Source of the DNA: Candidatus Latescibacterota bacterium
Lineage (GTDB): Bacteria > Latescibacterota > UBA2968 > GCA-2709665
Reading direction: 5' to 3'
Assembly (NCBI GenBank): GCA_965203805.1
Contig: OZ241917.1
Location: 5,792,001-5,856,000 of the forward strand
Length of the DNA stretch: 64,000 nt
The notes under the pieces were generated by a model, which did no database searches, had not been told where the DNA came from, and saw only the letters and a list, made by a program, of their open reading frames with translations. The position numbers were made by a program, and so were the translations under genes. This document shows, piece by piece, positions 9,688-19,620 of this stretch. Numbering within the stretch: position 1 is the stretch's first letter; every line of letters starts with the position of its first letter.

Positions 9688-10803
9688 TCAGTTCACCATT
9701 TCGTACCGGGTGTTTCGTCTCGCCGGCCGGTAGCCGGCGTCCCGGATGAGGCGCAGCATGGCGCCAGGACTCATTTCGTCAGTGTGGCTTGTACCCGCGG
9801 CGGAGACGACGTTCTCCTCCATCATGGTGCTCCCGAAGTCGTTGACGCCGTATTTGAGCCCGACCTGGGCGATCTTGGGGCCCTGCGTTACCCACGACGC
9901 CTGGAAACTCGGAATATTGTCCAGGAACAGCCGGGAGACCGCAATGGTGCGGAGGTAGTCGTAGCCGGTGGCTTTCCTCCCGTTCCAGCGGGCATTGTCC
10001 GCGGCCAGATCGGTGTCGTCCGGCTGAAAATTCCACGCAATGAAGGCGGTCATGCCGCCCGTGTCGTCCTGGAGGTCCCGGATGTGTTTCAGGTGTTCGA
10101 GGCGCTGCTCGACGGATTCGACGTGGCCGTACATCATTGTGGCGGTGGTGTGCATGCCGAGTTCGTGCGCGGCGCGGTGTACCGCCAGCCATTCGTGCAC
10201 GCGGTCCTTGCGGAAGCCGATGACGTCGCGGACCTCGTCCGAGAGAATTTCGGCGCCGGCGCCGGGAATGGAATCCAGACCGGCGTCCCGCAGGCGGCGG
10301 ATACAGTCGGGGATGGACAGCCGCGAGATGTGCGCCACGTAGATGATCTCCGTGGCCGAAAGGCAGTGCTGGTGGACGGACGGATATCGTTCCCGGATAC
10401 TGGAGAAGAGATCTTCATAGTAGTCGATGCGCAGTTTTGGATTCAGGCCGCCCTGCATGAGAATTTCGTTCGATTTGGGGGCCTGCCCGCCCGCGGCGAC
10501 CAGTTCGTCGATTTTCCGAAAGATCTGTTCGTGCGGCAGGACGTACCCCTCGGCGGACCCCGGCGGGCGGTAGAACGCGCAGAAGTCGCAGCGCACCCAG
10601 CAGACGTTGGTGTAGTTGATGTTCCGGCCGACATTGTAGGTCACCACGTCTTCCGGCCATCTGCGCCTGCGTACCGTATCCGCAAGCATGCCCAGCTCCG
10701 TGACGTTGGGATGCGCCATCAGCCGCCGGGCGTCTTCCATCGTGATACGCGCTTCTGCGTGGATCTTCTCAGCGATATCATCGATCATCGATCGGTTCTC
10801 CAT
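9688..10803 (-). CDS. mqnC: Cyclic dehypoxanthinyl futalosine synthase (radical SAM)
   Basis: RNINYTNVCWVRCDFCAF, ILMQGG, QASWVTQG, NDFGSTMMEENVV. Confidence 0.9.
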   Translation of the reverse strand: MENRSMIDDIAEKIHAEARITMEDARRLMAHPNVTELGMLADTVRRRRWPEDVVTYNVGRNINYTNVCWVRCDFCAFYRPPGSAEGYVLPHEQIFRKIDELVAAGGQAPKSNEILMQGGLNPKLRIDYYEDLFSSIRERYPSVHQHCLSATEIIYVAHISRLSIPDCIRRLRDAGLDSIPGAGAEILSDEVRDVIGFRKDRVHEWLAVHRAAHELGMHTTATMMYGHVESVEQRLEHLKHIRDLQDDTGGMTAFIAWNFQPDDTDLAADNARWNGRKATGYDYLRTIAVSRLFLDNIPSFQASWVTQGPKIAQVGLKYGVNDFGSTMMEENVVSAAGTSHTDEMSPGAMLRLIRDAGYRPARRNTRYEMVN

Positions 10804-10884
10804 GTCGTATGTCTCTTTGCCCTTGCTCGCGATGACGATTCTCCCGAGCGGACGCAGTAGCGATGCGACGACCGTCAACGTGTT

Positions 10885-12036
10885 TCATGACAACACTGGC
10901 ATTTCACCGGGGACGGCAACGGGTTCCTCGTCTTCCGGGATCTCACGTTCCGTGCGGACCCGGTTATAGAGATTGTCGCGTTCCGCGGGCTCGCGCCCGG
11001 CTTCAACGATGCGTTCCACGAGTTGGCTACGGGTGAGCACCTGCCGGGTCTCCTCGTACGTGCGCCTTGTGATTTCGTATTCCTGAATCGTGCCGTCGAT
11101 GTCGTCCGCCCCGTACCAGAGCGCCACCTGAGAAATTTCGATGGTGTTCATGATCCAGAACGACTTGATATGCGGGAAATTGTCCAGCATCAGCCGGGCG
11201 ACCGCGATTTCGCGCAGGTCGGCCTCGCCCGTAGGGGCCGGCAGGTCTTCCAGTTCGGTTCGTTCAGGGTGGAAGGAAAGCGGAATGTAGGCCAGAAAAC
11301 CGCCGGTCTCGTCCTGAAGCTCTCTCAGGCTGACCAGGTGCTGGACCCGTTCGTCCGGATTCTCGATGTGGCCGTAGAGCATCGTGGCATTGGTGGGCAG
11401 GCCCACTTCGTGCGCGGTGCGGGCAACCCGCATCCATTCGTCGGAGTCGGCCTTGGTCCAGAACATCTCCGCCTGCACCCGATCGCTGAAGACTTCCGCG
11501 CCGCCGCCGGGGATCGACGACACCCCGGCAGCCTTGAGTTCCACCATCACTTCCCTGAGCGGTTTTTTTGCGATTCTGGCGATCTGCACCCACTCGATGG
11601 CCGTAAAGGCCTTAACGGCAACCTCCGGGCGGACGTCCTTGACGGCGTGAACGATGTCGATATAGTACGAATAGGGCAGCTTGGGATTGATTCCCGCGAC
11701 CATATGGATTTCGGTTATGGGAATGTGCAGATACTGCCTGACGCGCTCCTGAACGTCTTCGGGCGAAAGGACGTATCCCCGACCGTCTTTCGGCGGGACG
11801 TAAAAGGAGCAGAATCTGCAGAGCTTGTTGCAGATGTTGGTATAGTTGATATGCTGATTGCGCACGTACCAGGCCACGTTGCCGCAATGACGTTCGCGTA
11901 CGATGTTGGCCATGTACCCCACCGCGTTGAGATGCGGCGAATCGTAAAGCCGCAACCCTTCGTCGGCGGAAAGCCTTTCGCCGGCAATGACCTTCCTGTA
12001 AATGTCGTCAAGCTGGTTCGGAATCTTCGGTTTCAC
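10885..12036 (-). CDS. mqnE: Aminofutalosine synthase (radical SAM)
   Basis: HINYTNICNKLCRFCSF, ITEIHMV, KAFTA.E, HIKSFWIM, GADDIDGT. Confidence 0.88.
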   Translation of the reverse strand: MKPKIPNQLDDIYRKVIAGERLSADEGLRLYDSPHLNAVGYMANIVRERHCGNVAWYVRNQHINYTNICNKLCRFCSFYVPPKDGRGYVLSPEDVQERVRQYLHIPITEIHMVAGINPKLPYSYYIDIVHAVKDVRPEVAVKAFTAIEWVQIARIAKKPLREVMVELKAAGVSSIPGGGAEVFSDRVQAEMFWTKADSDEWMRVARTAHEVGLPTNATMLYGHIENPDERVQHLVSLRELQDETGGFLAYIPLSFHPERTELEDLPAPTGEADLREIAVARLMLDNFPHIKSFWIMNTIEISQVALWYGADDIDGTIQEYEITRRTYEETRQVLTRSQLVERIVEAGREPAERDNLYNRVRTEREIPEDEEPVAVPGEMPVLS

Positions 12037-12089
12037 CGGGGAGTCCTTCCCTTTGTGGCAGCCGGCGGCGACCCGTGGTATGCGCGCCT

Positions 12090-13790
12090 TCAGTTCCGGC
12101 TCAGCAATTCGCGGGCGTGTTCCATGGTAAGCGCCGATATTTTTTCTCCACCGAGCAACTTGGCGATTTCGCGCGCCCGTTCATCGTCGCCGAGGCGGGC
12201 CACCCGGGTGACGGTGCGCCCGTTCGTTACGGCCTTGTGCACGGCAAGGTGGGTATCCGCCTTTCTGGCAATCTGTGGGAGATGCGTAATGCAGATGGTC
12301 TGGCGCGCGCAAGACAGGCCCTTGAGCTTCCTGCCCACCACGTCGGCGATTCGTCCGGAAATGCCGATATCGATTTCGTCGAAGATGAGGACCTGTACCG
12401 GATCGGTTTGGGAGAGCACGGATTTGAGCGCCAGCATGATCCGGGACACCTCTCCGCCGGAAGCCACCCTGGCCAGCGGCCTGAGGGCCTCGCCGGGGTT
12501 CGTGGATATGTGGAATTCCACGCGCTCGATGCCCTTCGGGCCGACGCGAAACCGCCGGTTTTCCACGGTTACCCAACCGTCGGGGGACTCGTCCCGGATC
12601 AGCTCAACGTGGAATTCAGCTCGCGGAATCCCCAGGTCGCCGAGCGCGTCCATCGTTGCGCGCGCCAGGTCTCGCGCGGCGGCTTCGCGCGCTCCGGAAA
12701 GCCGGGCGCACAGGTCCGCCAGGCCGGCGCGGGCGGCGTCGATTTCTCCTTCCACCTCGGCCAGCGAACGGTCCAGACGCTCCGATTGCGCCAGTTCCTT
12801 CTCCGCGTCCTCACGATACTCGAGCACCGTTTCCAGGCTGCCGCCGTATTTCTTCTTCAGGTGCGCCAGGTCGTCCAGGCGACCGGTGACTTCCGCCAGG
12901 CGTTCCGGGTTGTGCTCGACGCTTCGTGCATAGTCCGAAAAGAAACGGGCCAGTTCTTCGATGGCATAGCGCTGGGCGGTCACTTCATCGGCTTGAAGGC
13001 GGAGCGATTCGTCCATCTGCACGGCGTCTTTCAGGAGCTGTTCTGCCGCGCCCAGGCGATCCACGATGGAGTCGTCGCCCTGATAGAGCAGGGCTTCCAG
13101 GCTGACGGCGGTTTCGATCAGTCGTTCGGCGTGGGTGAGCAGCGATCGTTCCTGAAAAAGCCGCTCGTCTTCGTCCGGTTCCGGGTCTGCCGCGGCGATT
13201 TCCTCAACCTGAAATTCGAGAAGTTCCCGGCGGTCGCGCATGCGCCGGGCTTCGGCGTCGGCGTTTTCCCGCTTCGCGAGCAGGTCCGCCAGACGACCGT
13301 GGGCGATACCGACCGATTCCCGGAGTTCGCCGAGGCTGCCGAACCCGTCCAGAAAGTCGATATGACGATCCGCATAAAGCAGCGACTGGTGATCGTGTTG
13401 TCCGTGAAGGTCGACCAGGGCCCGGGCCAGGTCGAGCAGCCCCCGGACGGGAACGGCCAGACCGTTGACGAAACAGCGGCTGCGACCGTTCGCGGTGACC
13501 TCCCGGCGGATGATGAGTTCACCGTGCTCGGCCTCGATGCCCATGGCGTCCAGAAGCGGCAGACAGCGGTGATCGGGCTGCAGCTGGAAAATGGCCTCGA
13601 CGAGACACCGTTTCTCGCTCGTCCGGATCACGTCCGCGCTCGCCCGCGTTCCGAGAACCAGACCCAGGGCGCCGATGAGGATGGATTTGCCCGCGCCGGT
13701 TTCACCCGTAATGATGTTCAGCCCGGGTCCGAATTCGATTTCAACTCTGTCGATCAACGCGTAGTTGACGACCAGCAGGCGGCAGAGCAC
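12090..13790 (-). CDS. recN: DNA repair protein RecN
   Basis: TGETGAGKS Walker A, HGQHDHQ, ASGGE.SR, FDEID.GISG, ITHLPQIA. Confidence 0.97.
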   Translation of the reverse strand: MLCRLLVVNYALIDRVEIEFGPGLNIITGETGAGKSILIGALGLVLGTRASADVIRTSEKRCLVEAIFQLQPDHRCLPLLDAMGIEAEHGELIIRREVTANGRSRCFVNGLAVPVRGLLDLARALVDLHGQHDHQSLLYADRHIDFLDGFGSLGELRESVGIAHGRLADLLAKRENADAEARRMRDRRELLEFQVEEIAAADPEPDEDERLFQERSLLTHAERLIETAVSLEALLYQGDDSIVDRLGAAEQLLKDAVQMDESLRLQADEVTAQRYAIEELARFFSDYARSVEHNPERLAEVTGRLDDLAHLKKKYGGSLETVLEYREDAEKELAQSERLDRSLAEVEGEIDAARAGLADLCARLSGAREAAARDLARATMDALGDLGIPRAEFHVELIRDESPDGWVTVENRRFRVGPKGIERVEFHISTNPGEALRPLARVASGGEVSRIMLALKSVLSQTDPVQVLIFDEIDIGISGRIADVVGRKLKGLSCARQTICITHLPQIARKADTHLAVHKAVTNGRTVTRVARLGDDERAREIAKLLGGEKISALTMEHARELLSRN

Positions 13791-13792
13791 GT

Positions 13793-14659
13793 TCAGGACT
13801 CCCGAGTTTCGCGCCGGTCCAGACTCCAGTCCAGTTTTCGACTGAGCAACTGATAGAACGACAGTCCCTGGAGGTTGATCAGGCGGGTCGTATGGGCGGC
13901 CTGTCGGATGTGCACGCGTTCTTCAGGCTGTATAGGTGAGACGATCTTGCCGTCGGCAGTTACCATGATATCGGTGTGTTCGGCGATCACCTGGACGGTG
14001 ATCGACTGACTGTCCGGTACGACGGCGGGACGCAACGATAGCGAGTGCGCGCAGATTGGCGTGACGATGAATGCCCGCAAATCCGGATGGACGATGGGCC
14101 CTCCCGCAGAAAGGCTGTAACTGGTTGATCCCGTTGGGGTTGAAACGATAATGCCGTTCCCGAAAAAGGAGCTGAACGGCGTTTCGGAAATCCAGGACTT
14201 CACCTGGACCAGGCGGGCGAGCACCGCTTTTTCGAATGTGAACTCGTTGAGCGCGAAGAAGGTCCTGTCGCCGATTTCCGCTTCGAGGACCATGCGTTCC
14301 TCGAGCTGGTATTCCCCCCGCCTCAGTCTGCCCAGACTCTCCCGCAACTCTTCTGGCGCGGCCCCGGCCAGAAACCCCAGCCGCCCGAGGTTGACGCCCA
14401 GAATGGGCTTCTGCGAAGCGCCGACCAGGTTGGCCGCGCGCAGAATGGTGCCGTCTCCTCCCAGGGCGACAACGATATCCGAACAACCGGCCAGGTGGGC
14501 GCCGGGCCGGTAAGAGACTCCGCTGGAGACGCAGACTTCCCTTAACGGTTCCTCCAGAATGAGCTCGATGTCCTGGTCCTGCGCGAGCCGCACGAAATTC
14601 TGGATGAGGGGACCGATGCCGTCCCGTTCGGTATATGCAAGAATGCCGATGCGCTTCAT
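13793..14659 (-). CDS. nadK: NAD kinase
   Basis: LGGDGT, GVNLGRLGFL, ALNE, STPTGSTSYSLSAGGP; directly upstream of recN. Confidence 0.95.
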   Translation of the reverse strand: MKRIGILAYTERDGIGPLIQNFVRLAQDQDIELILEEPLREVCVSSGVSYRPGAHLAGCSDIVVALGGDGTILRAANLVGASQKPILGVNLGRLGFLAGAAPEELRESLGRLRRGEYQLEERMVLEAEIGDRTFFALNEFTFEKAVLARLVQVKSWISETPFSSFFGNGIIVSTPTGSTSYSLSAGGPIVHPDLRAFIVTPICAHSLSLRPAVVPDSQSITVQVIAEHTDIMVTADGKIVSPIQPEERVHIRQAAHTTRLINLQGLSFYQLLSRKLDWSLDRRETRES

Positions 14660-14770
14660 GATCAGGATTTACAGGATTTACGGGATTGAGCAGGATTAGA
14701 AACCAAGAGCAGGATCAAAACCGATCAGGATCTACGGGATTGAGCAGGATTTAGATTCCAAGAGCAGGAC
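14660..14770 (+). repeat. Degenerate tandem repeat built from C(A/G)GGA(T) units (two ~44-bp direct repeats)
   Basis: caggatttacgggattgagcaggattagaaaccaagagcagga (14672-14714) vs caggatctacgggattgagcaggatttagattccaagagcagga (14726-14769); about nine CAGGA/CGGGA units. Confidence 0.85.
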
Positions 14771-14988
14771 AAATGCTCACTTTCCGGGCCAAAGCGATGA
14801 ATCTGACCCTGTAGAAGACCGCAGAAGTTCACACTGACCATTCAGATTCTTGGATGCTGTCGTATGAGACTTCGCTGATTGTGACTGAAATACAACCGGT
14901 TATACAATAAGACCACCGGTCGTCGTGGAAAATTCTCTCTGGCTGCAGAAATCAATGTAGCCTGAATTTCCGGATCTCGCAATCGGTG

Positions 14989-15243
14989 TTACGCACCCTG
15001 TTCCGGGGGTTCCGCGTCGGCATCCAGATCGGTCAGCTGAAAGTCGTTCCCGCTTTCTGCCGCGAGGACTTCGACGCGTTGTCTGGCCTCTTCGAGCCGT
15101 GCGCGGCAGTGGTTCGACGCTTTCAGCCCCTCTTCGAAGAGTCGGAGCGCTTCCGCCAGGGGCAGGTTTCCGCCTTCCAGGGTCTCTACCGCGGTCTCGA
15201 GTTTTTTCAGCGCCTCTTCGAAAGTGGATTCTTCTTCGGCCAT
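14989..15243 (-). CDS. xseB: Exodeoxyribonuclease VII small subunit
   Basis: TFEEALKKLE..V..LE.G.L.L.EAL.LFEEG; follows xseA; start ATG 15243. Confidence 0.93.
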   Translation of the reverse strand: MAEEESTFEEALKKLETAVETLEGGNLPLAEALRLFEEGLKASNHCRARLEEARQRVEVLAAESGNDFQLTDLDADAEPPEQGA

Positions 15244-15328
15244 CGGATTCCTCGTGGGTTTGAAGGGCCTGTAATGTTCGAGTACTCGCCCGAACCGCGT
15301 AGCCGTCCGGAGGGAAAGCCGGTGACTC

Positions 15329-16540
15329 TCAAGCCACTGTCGGACTTTCGGCCAGAATACTGTCGATCGTGCAGAAGATCTCGCCTCTCGACAGGCGAAC
15401 GCGGACCTGTTCGTCTTTCGAAAGCGATTCGGCCCGGGTGACCAGCGCATTGTTGTCGGCCCGATGCGTGAGGCTGTACCCCCGGCTCAGGACGGAGAGC
15501 GGGCTGAGCGCACCGAGTTCGACGGTGCGGCGGCGATACGATTCCACGCGCAGGTCGAAACTACGCCTGAGGCCGTTCTGAAGGGCCCTTTGAAGGTCGT
15601 CGACGGCCTGGATGTTCTGGAGGATGTTGTCTTCGACCTTTCGCAATCCGTACCGCCCCATGTAGCCGCTGAGCAGGTCCTGGTTCTCTTTCAGATAGCG
15701 GTTCAGTGCGACGAAGGAGCGCCTTGCCAGGTTTTGAATCCGGGCGCGCAACTCGCCGGCGTCGCGGACGGCCAGTTCGGCCGCCGCCGACGGCGTGGGC
15801 GCCCTGCAATCGGCGGCCAGGTCGGCCAGGGTGACGTCAACTTCGTGTCCTACGGCGGAGATTACGGGAATGCCGGAGCCGCAGATGGCACGAACGACGA
15901 CCTCGGTGTTGAACGCGGCCAGATCTTCCACGGAACCTCCGCCGCGCCCCACGATCAGCACGTCGGCCTTTCCGTGCGCATTCAGCTCTCCGATGGCACG
16001 TGCGATGTCTTCCGGTGCGGCGTCGCCCTGAACCAGCGTCGGCCGGAGTATGATGTTGACACCGGGAAACCGCCGATCCAGGACATGAAGAATGTCCCGA
16101 ATCGCCGCTCCCGTCCGGGACGTGGCCACACCGATCGAAAGCGGGAACGCCGGCAGCGCGCGTTTCCGCGCCTGATCGAACAGCCCTTCCTGCTGAAGCT
16201 TCCGCTTCAGCGCTTCCAGTGCGAGCTGCTGCTGGCCGCTGCCCGCGGGGAAGAGTTGCGTGACGACAAGCTGATACGCGCCGTTGCGTTCATAGACCGT
16301 AATCCGCCCCCGGGCGAGTACCTTGACGCCGGTTTCCGGTCTGAATGCCGGCGTCGCAGACCGCCACATCACGCACCGGAGCTGGCAGGTCTGGTCGATG
16401 AGGGTAAAGTAACGATGGCCCGAAGCCGCCTGGCTGTATTGGGAAATTTCACCCACAATCCACAGGACGGGAAATTCCGCTTCGAGGTTTTTTCGGATTG
16501 CCTGCGTTATTTCTGTAACGGTATAGGGCCGTTCCGCCAC
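15329..16540 (-). CDS. xseA: Exodeoxyribonuclease VII large subunit
   Basis: GEIS..SGH.YF, TGAAIRD, RGGGS.EDL, SAVGHE.D, RAPTPSAAAE. Confidence 0.96.
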   Translation of the reverse strand: MAERPYTVTEITQAIRKNLEAEFPVLWIVGEISQYSQAASGHRYFTLIDQTCQLRCVMWRSATPAFRPETGVKVLARGRITVYERNGAYQLVVTQLFPAGSGQQQLALEALKRKLQQEGLFDQARKRALPAFPLSIGVATSRTGAAIRDILHVLDRRFPGVNIILRPTLVQGDAAPEDIARAIGELNAHGKADVLIVGRGGGSVEDLAAFNTEVVVRAICGSGIPVISAVGHEVDVTLADLAADCRAPTPSAAAELAVRDAGELRARIQNLARRSFVALNRYLKENQDLLSGYMGRYGLRKVEDNILQNIQAVDDLQRALQNGLRRSFDLRVESYRRRTVELGALSPLSVLSRGYSLTHRADNNALVTRAESLSKDEQVRVRLSRGEIFCTIDSILAESPTVA

Positions 16541-16542
16541 GG

Positions 16543-17346
16543 TCAGGCCTCCTGCCAGTCAATCCGCAGTCGTTCGATGCGGGTGGCTCTGCCGGATTCG
16601 TCTTCGACTTCCACGATAACGCCGCAAAGCTTGATGTCTTTCTCGGCCGGCTCAAACCGCACAGGCGTCCGATCCAGAAACCGATGGATCACGGCCTCTT
16701 TCCGCGCGCCGATGACGGAGTCGTGGGGCCCGGTCATGCCGGCATCCGACACGTAGGCCGTTCCGCCCGGCAGAATGCGCTCATCGGCGGTCTGTACGTG
16801 GGTGTGGGTGCCAAGAACGGCGCTGGCGCGGCCGTCCATAAACCATCCGTAGGCGATTTTTTCGGAACTCGCCTCGGCGTGAAAATCGATGAGAATCACA
16901 GGGGTCTGCCGGCGGAGGCGGTCCACAATATCCCTGCCGACGCGAAAGGGGCAGTCCAGGTCGAGCATATGCACCCGGCCCTGGATGCAGACAACGCCAA
17001 CAGGGACCCCGTTCGAGGCGGTGAAGATGCCGCAGCCGGCCCCGCCGACGCTCTCCGGGAAATTCGCCGGCCTCAGAACGCGGTCGGCGCCGAGTATGTA
17101 CGGGATCGCGTCTTTTCGGTCCCAGACGTGGTTTCCCGTGGTGATCACGTCGGCGCCGTAGGCGAAGAGTTTTTTCGCGATGTTTTCCGTGAGGCCGAAG
17201 CCGCCGGCGGCGTTTTCTCCGTTGGCGATACAGAGATCGATCCGATGGCTTTCCCTGAGCCGGGGTATCAGATCGGCGGCCGCTTTTCTGCCCGGCTTGC
17301 CGTAGATATCGCCGATAAACAGGATATTCAAGTGGACACCTGTCAA
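16543..17346 (-). CDS. ymdB: YmdB-like (TIGR00282) metallophosphoesterase
   Basis: FIGDI.G.PG, NGENAAGG, TTGNH, DFHAEASSEK, GTHTHVQTAD; downstream of rny; start uncertain. Confidence 0.92.
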   Translation of the reverse strand: MTGVHLNILFIGDIYGKPGRKAAADLIPRLRESHRIDLCIANGENAAGGFGLTENIAKKLFAYGADVITTGNHVWDRKDAIPYILGADRVLRPANFPESVGGAGCGIFTASNGVPVGVVCIQGRVHMLDLDCPFRVGRDIVDRLRRQTPVILIDFHAEASSEKIAYGWFMDGRASAVLGTHTHVQTADERILPGGTAYVSDAGMTGPHDSVIGARKEAVIHRFLDRTPVRFEPAEKDIKLCGVIVEVEDESGRATRIERLRIDWQEA

Positions 17347-17479
17347 TTACGGTCGAAGATTGGCGTCGCGTTCCACGCCGCGCGCGGGCGAAACGACCGC
17401 GTACGGAAGAACAACAGGTAACGGACAGCGGAGCATCCGGATACGGATGCAGGGGGAATCAGGGACGGCGCCGGAGACA

Positions 17480-19066
17480 TCAGCGCGCGAAGTCCACCGA
17501 GCGCGTTTCTCTGATGACGGTTACCTTGACCGGCCCCGGACAGGTGGCGTCCTCCGTGAGCCGGGAGACGATCTGCGTGGCCAGGCGTTCCGTGTCGGCG
17601 TCGCTCATCATATCTGAGTCCGCCACCACACGGACCTCCTGTCCGGCCTTGATGGCGAAGACCGATTCGACGCCCTGTACCATCTTGGCGATGGACTCCA
17701 GTCGTTCCAGACGTCGGACGTAATTCTCGATCTGTTCGCGCTGCGCACCCGGCCGAGACCTGGAAATAGAGTCGGCCGCGTCGACCAGTACGGCAACCGG
17801 CGAAATGGCGTCCGAATCTCCATGATGCGCCTCGATTGCGTTAATCACAATCGCGTCTTCACCGTATTTGCGCGCCAGGTCAGCGCCATTCTCCCCGTAC
17901 GTGCCCTCGGCTTCGTGCGCCAACCCCTTGCCGATGTCGTGAAGCAATCCCGCGCGTTTGGCCAGTTGGGCGTCGAGCCCAAGCGAAGTGGCCATCATAC
18001 CCGAGAGAAAGGCCACCTCTTTGCTGTGATTCAGTACATTCTGGCCGTAGCTCGTGCGGTATTTGAGTCGGCCCAGGCAGGCGATGAGACGATCGTGCAG
18101 GCCCGGTACGCCCACGTCGAATGCCGCCTGAACGCCGGCATCGTGCATGACCTCCTGAATCGACTCCCTCGACTTCTGCACGATCTCTTCGATCCGTCCC
18201 GGGTGGATGCGGCCGTCCAGAATCAGTTGTTCCATGGCAATCTGCGCGATCGCGCGGCGGATGGGGTCGAACCCCGACAGGATGACCGCTTCGGGAGTGT
18301 CATCGATCGTGACATCCACGCCGGTGGCCATTTCAAAGGCCCGGATATTCCTGCCCTCACGCCCGATAATCCGCCCCTTCATCTCGTCGGAAGGAAGGCG
18401 TACGACCGCAACGGTAGACTCGATGGTATGGTCCGCGGCCAATCGTTGAATCGCTCCGGCGATAATTTCCCGGGCTTCATCGTTAGACCGGACGAGAGCG
18501 TCGTCGCGAATCTCCTTCAGCCGCCATTCCGCATCGCGTTCAGCCTCCGCTTCCATATTGGCCATCAGGACATGCTTTGCCTCTTCCTTCGTAAGACCCG
18601 CGATTTGTTCCAGGCGCCTGTTCTGCCGCAGTCGGCCCTGTTCCAGTTCCCGCGCCCGGTCCGCGAGCTGTTCCTCCAGATGCCGGAGCTGCTCATTCGT
18701 CTCCGTAGCCAGTTTTTCCTTGTCGTTCAACAGGTCCGCACGTTTGTCGAGTTGCCGCCTGAGGCTGCTCAGTTTCGATTCTTCCCTGTTGGACCGATTG
18801 CGTTTTTCTTCCAGTTCCTGGTCGAACCGGAGCCGCTCCTGCTGTATCCTGTCTTTGGCCTCCAGGACCGCCGTCCGCTTCATTGCGTCCGCTTCGGCCC
18901 GGGCATCTTCCAGAATCTTCTCCGCGGAGAGTTCGGCGCGATGAATCTTTCGTTTCGCGAGCTTGCCGCTGATCAGCCATCCCAGGATGAATACCAGTAT
19001 AAGCAGCCCGGCCGACAGCATGATGATCGTCACGACTTCCATGGTCGTGTCTATCGGCAGGTTCAT
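17480..19066 (-). CDS. rny: Ribonuclease Y
   Basis: N-terminal TM and coiled coil, KH motif MKGRIIGREGRNIR, HD motif LLHDIGK; SD GGAGG before ATG 19066. Confidence 0.96.
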   Translation of the reverse strand: MNLPIDTTMEVVTIIMLSAGLLILVFILGWLISGKLAKRKIHRAELSAEKILEDARAEADAMKRTAVLEAKDRIQQERLRFDQELEEKRNRSNREESKLSSLRRQLDKRADLLNDKEKLATETNEQLRHLEEQLADRARELEQGRLRQNRRLEQIAGLTKEEAKHVLMANMEAEAERDAEWRLKEIRDDALVRSNDEAREIIAGAIQRLAADHTIESTVAVVRLPSDEMKGRIIGREGRNIRAFEMATGVDVTIDDTPEAVILSGFDPIRRAIAQIAMEQLILDGRIHPGRIEEIVQKSRESIQEVMHDAGVQAAFDVGVPGLHDRLIACLGRLKYRTSYGQNVLNHSKEVAFLSGMMATSLGLDAQLAKRAGLLHDIGKGLAHEAEGTYGENGADLARKYGEDAIVINAIEAHHGDSDAISPVAVLVDAADSISRSRPGAQREQIENYVRRLERLESIAKMVQGVESVFAIKAGQEVRVVADSDMMSDADTERLATQIVSRLTEDATCPGPVKVTVIRETRSVDFAR

Positions 19067-19109
19067 TTCGGCCTCCACGTCAATTGGGACCACGCATCAG
19101 TTCTCAAAC

Positions 19110-19197
19110 AAAAAAACCCGCTTGCGCTCATCCGGTTCCGCACATCCCGTCCGGGTAACGGCGATCGCTCCGGATGGTTACAGATGAACGCAGCAGG
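19110..19197 (-). ncRNA. Structured RNA hairpin with internal bubble at the usual 6S RNA position (short 6S-like RNA or terminator)
   Basis: Minus strand CCUGCUGCGUUCAUCUG pairs with CGGAUGAGCGCAAGCGGG; inner CCAUCCGG/CCGGACGG stem; followed by U7; lies between zapA and rny. Confidence 0.4.
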
Positions 19198-19268
19198 CAG
19201 CACCGGAATCATTGATCCGGCAGGGGTGCGCGGAGTTGCCGGCACGCCCTTTATGATCGAGGTCGTCT

Positions 19269-19553
19269 CTACGCAATCCGGTTTGTTAAAGAGGCAAGAT
19301 TGTGGGTCTTGTCCGTCAGGGTCTTACCCAACTTTCGACTGGTTTCTTCCTCTTTGAGCAGTTCGTGCGCGAGATTGACGGCGGCTACAACTGCAATCTT
19401 GGCAACCGAACGAAGTGAAATGGTGTTCGCGACGTCACGCATTTTCTGGTCGACGTACCGTGCCACGGCCCGGGCGTGGTCCGGGTCGCCTTCCGAGTGG
19501 ATGTTGTATTCGGTGCCGAAAATCTGGACGCATATTACCGGTTGTTCAGACAT
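19269..19553 (-). CDS. zapA: Cell division protein ZapA
   Basis: VQIFG.EY.I, VA.YVD.KM, KIAVVAAVNLA.EL; zapB-zapA-rny synteny. Confidence 0.9.
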   Translation of the reverse strand: MSEQPVICVQIFGTEYNIHSEGDPDHARAVARYVDQKMRDVANTISLRSVAKIAVVAAVNLAHELLKEEETSRKLGKTLTDKTHNLASLTNRIA

Positions 19554-19620
19554 GAGACCTCAGGACATCCGGACGCAGCGTGATGCTCTGGGGCGCGGCG
19601 TGGATGTCGGCGGCGCTGTT

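Noticed and set aside
14660-14770. Possible CRISPR array
   Set aside because: Only two degenerate ~44-bp units made of shorter internal repeats, no unique spacers, and no cas genes in the window.
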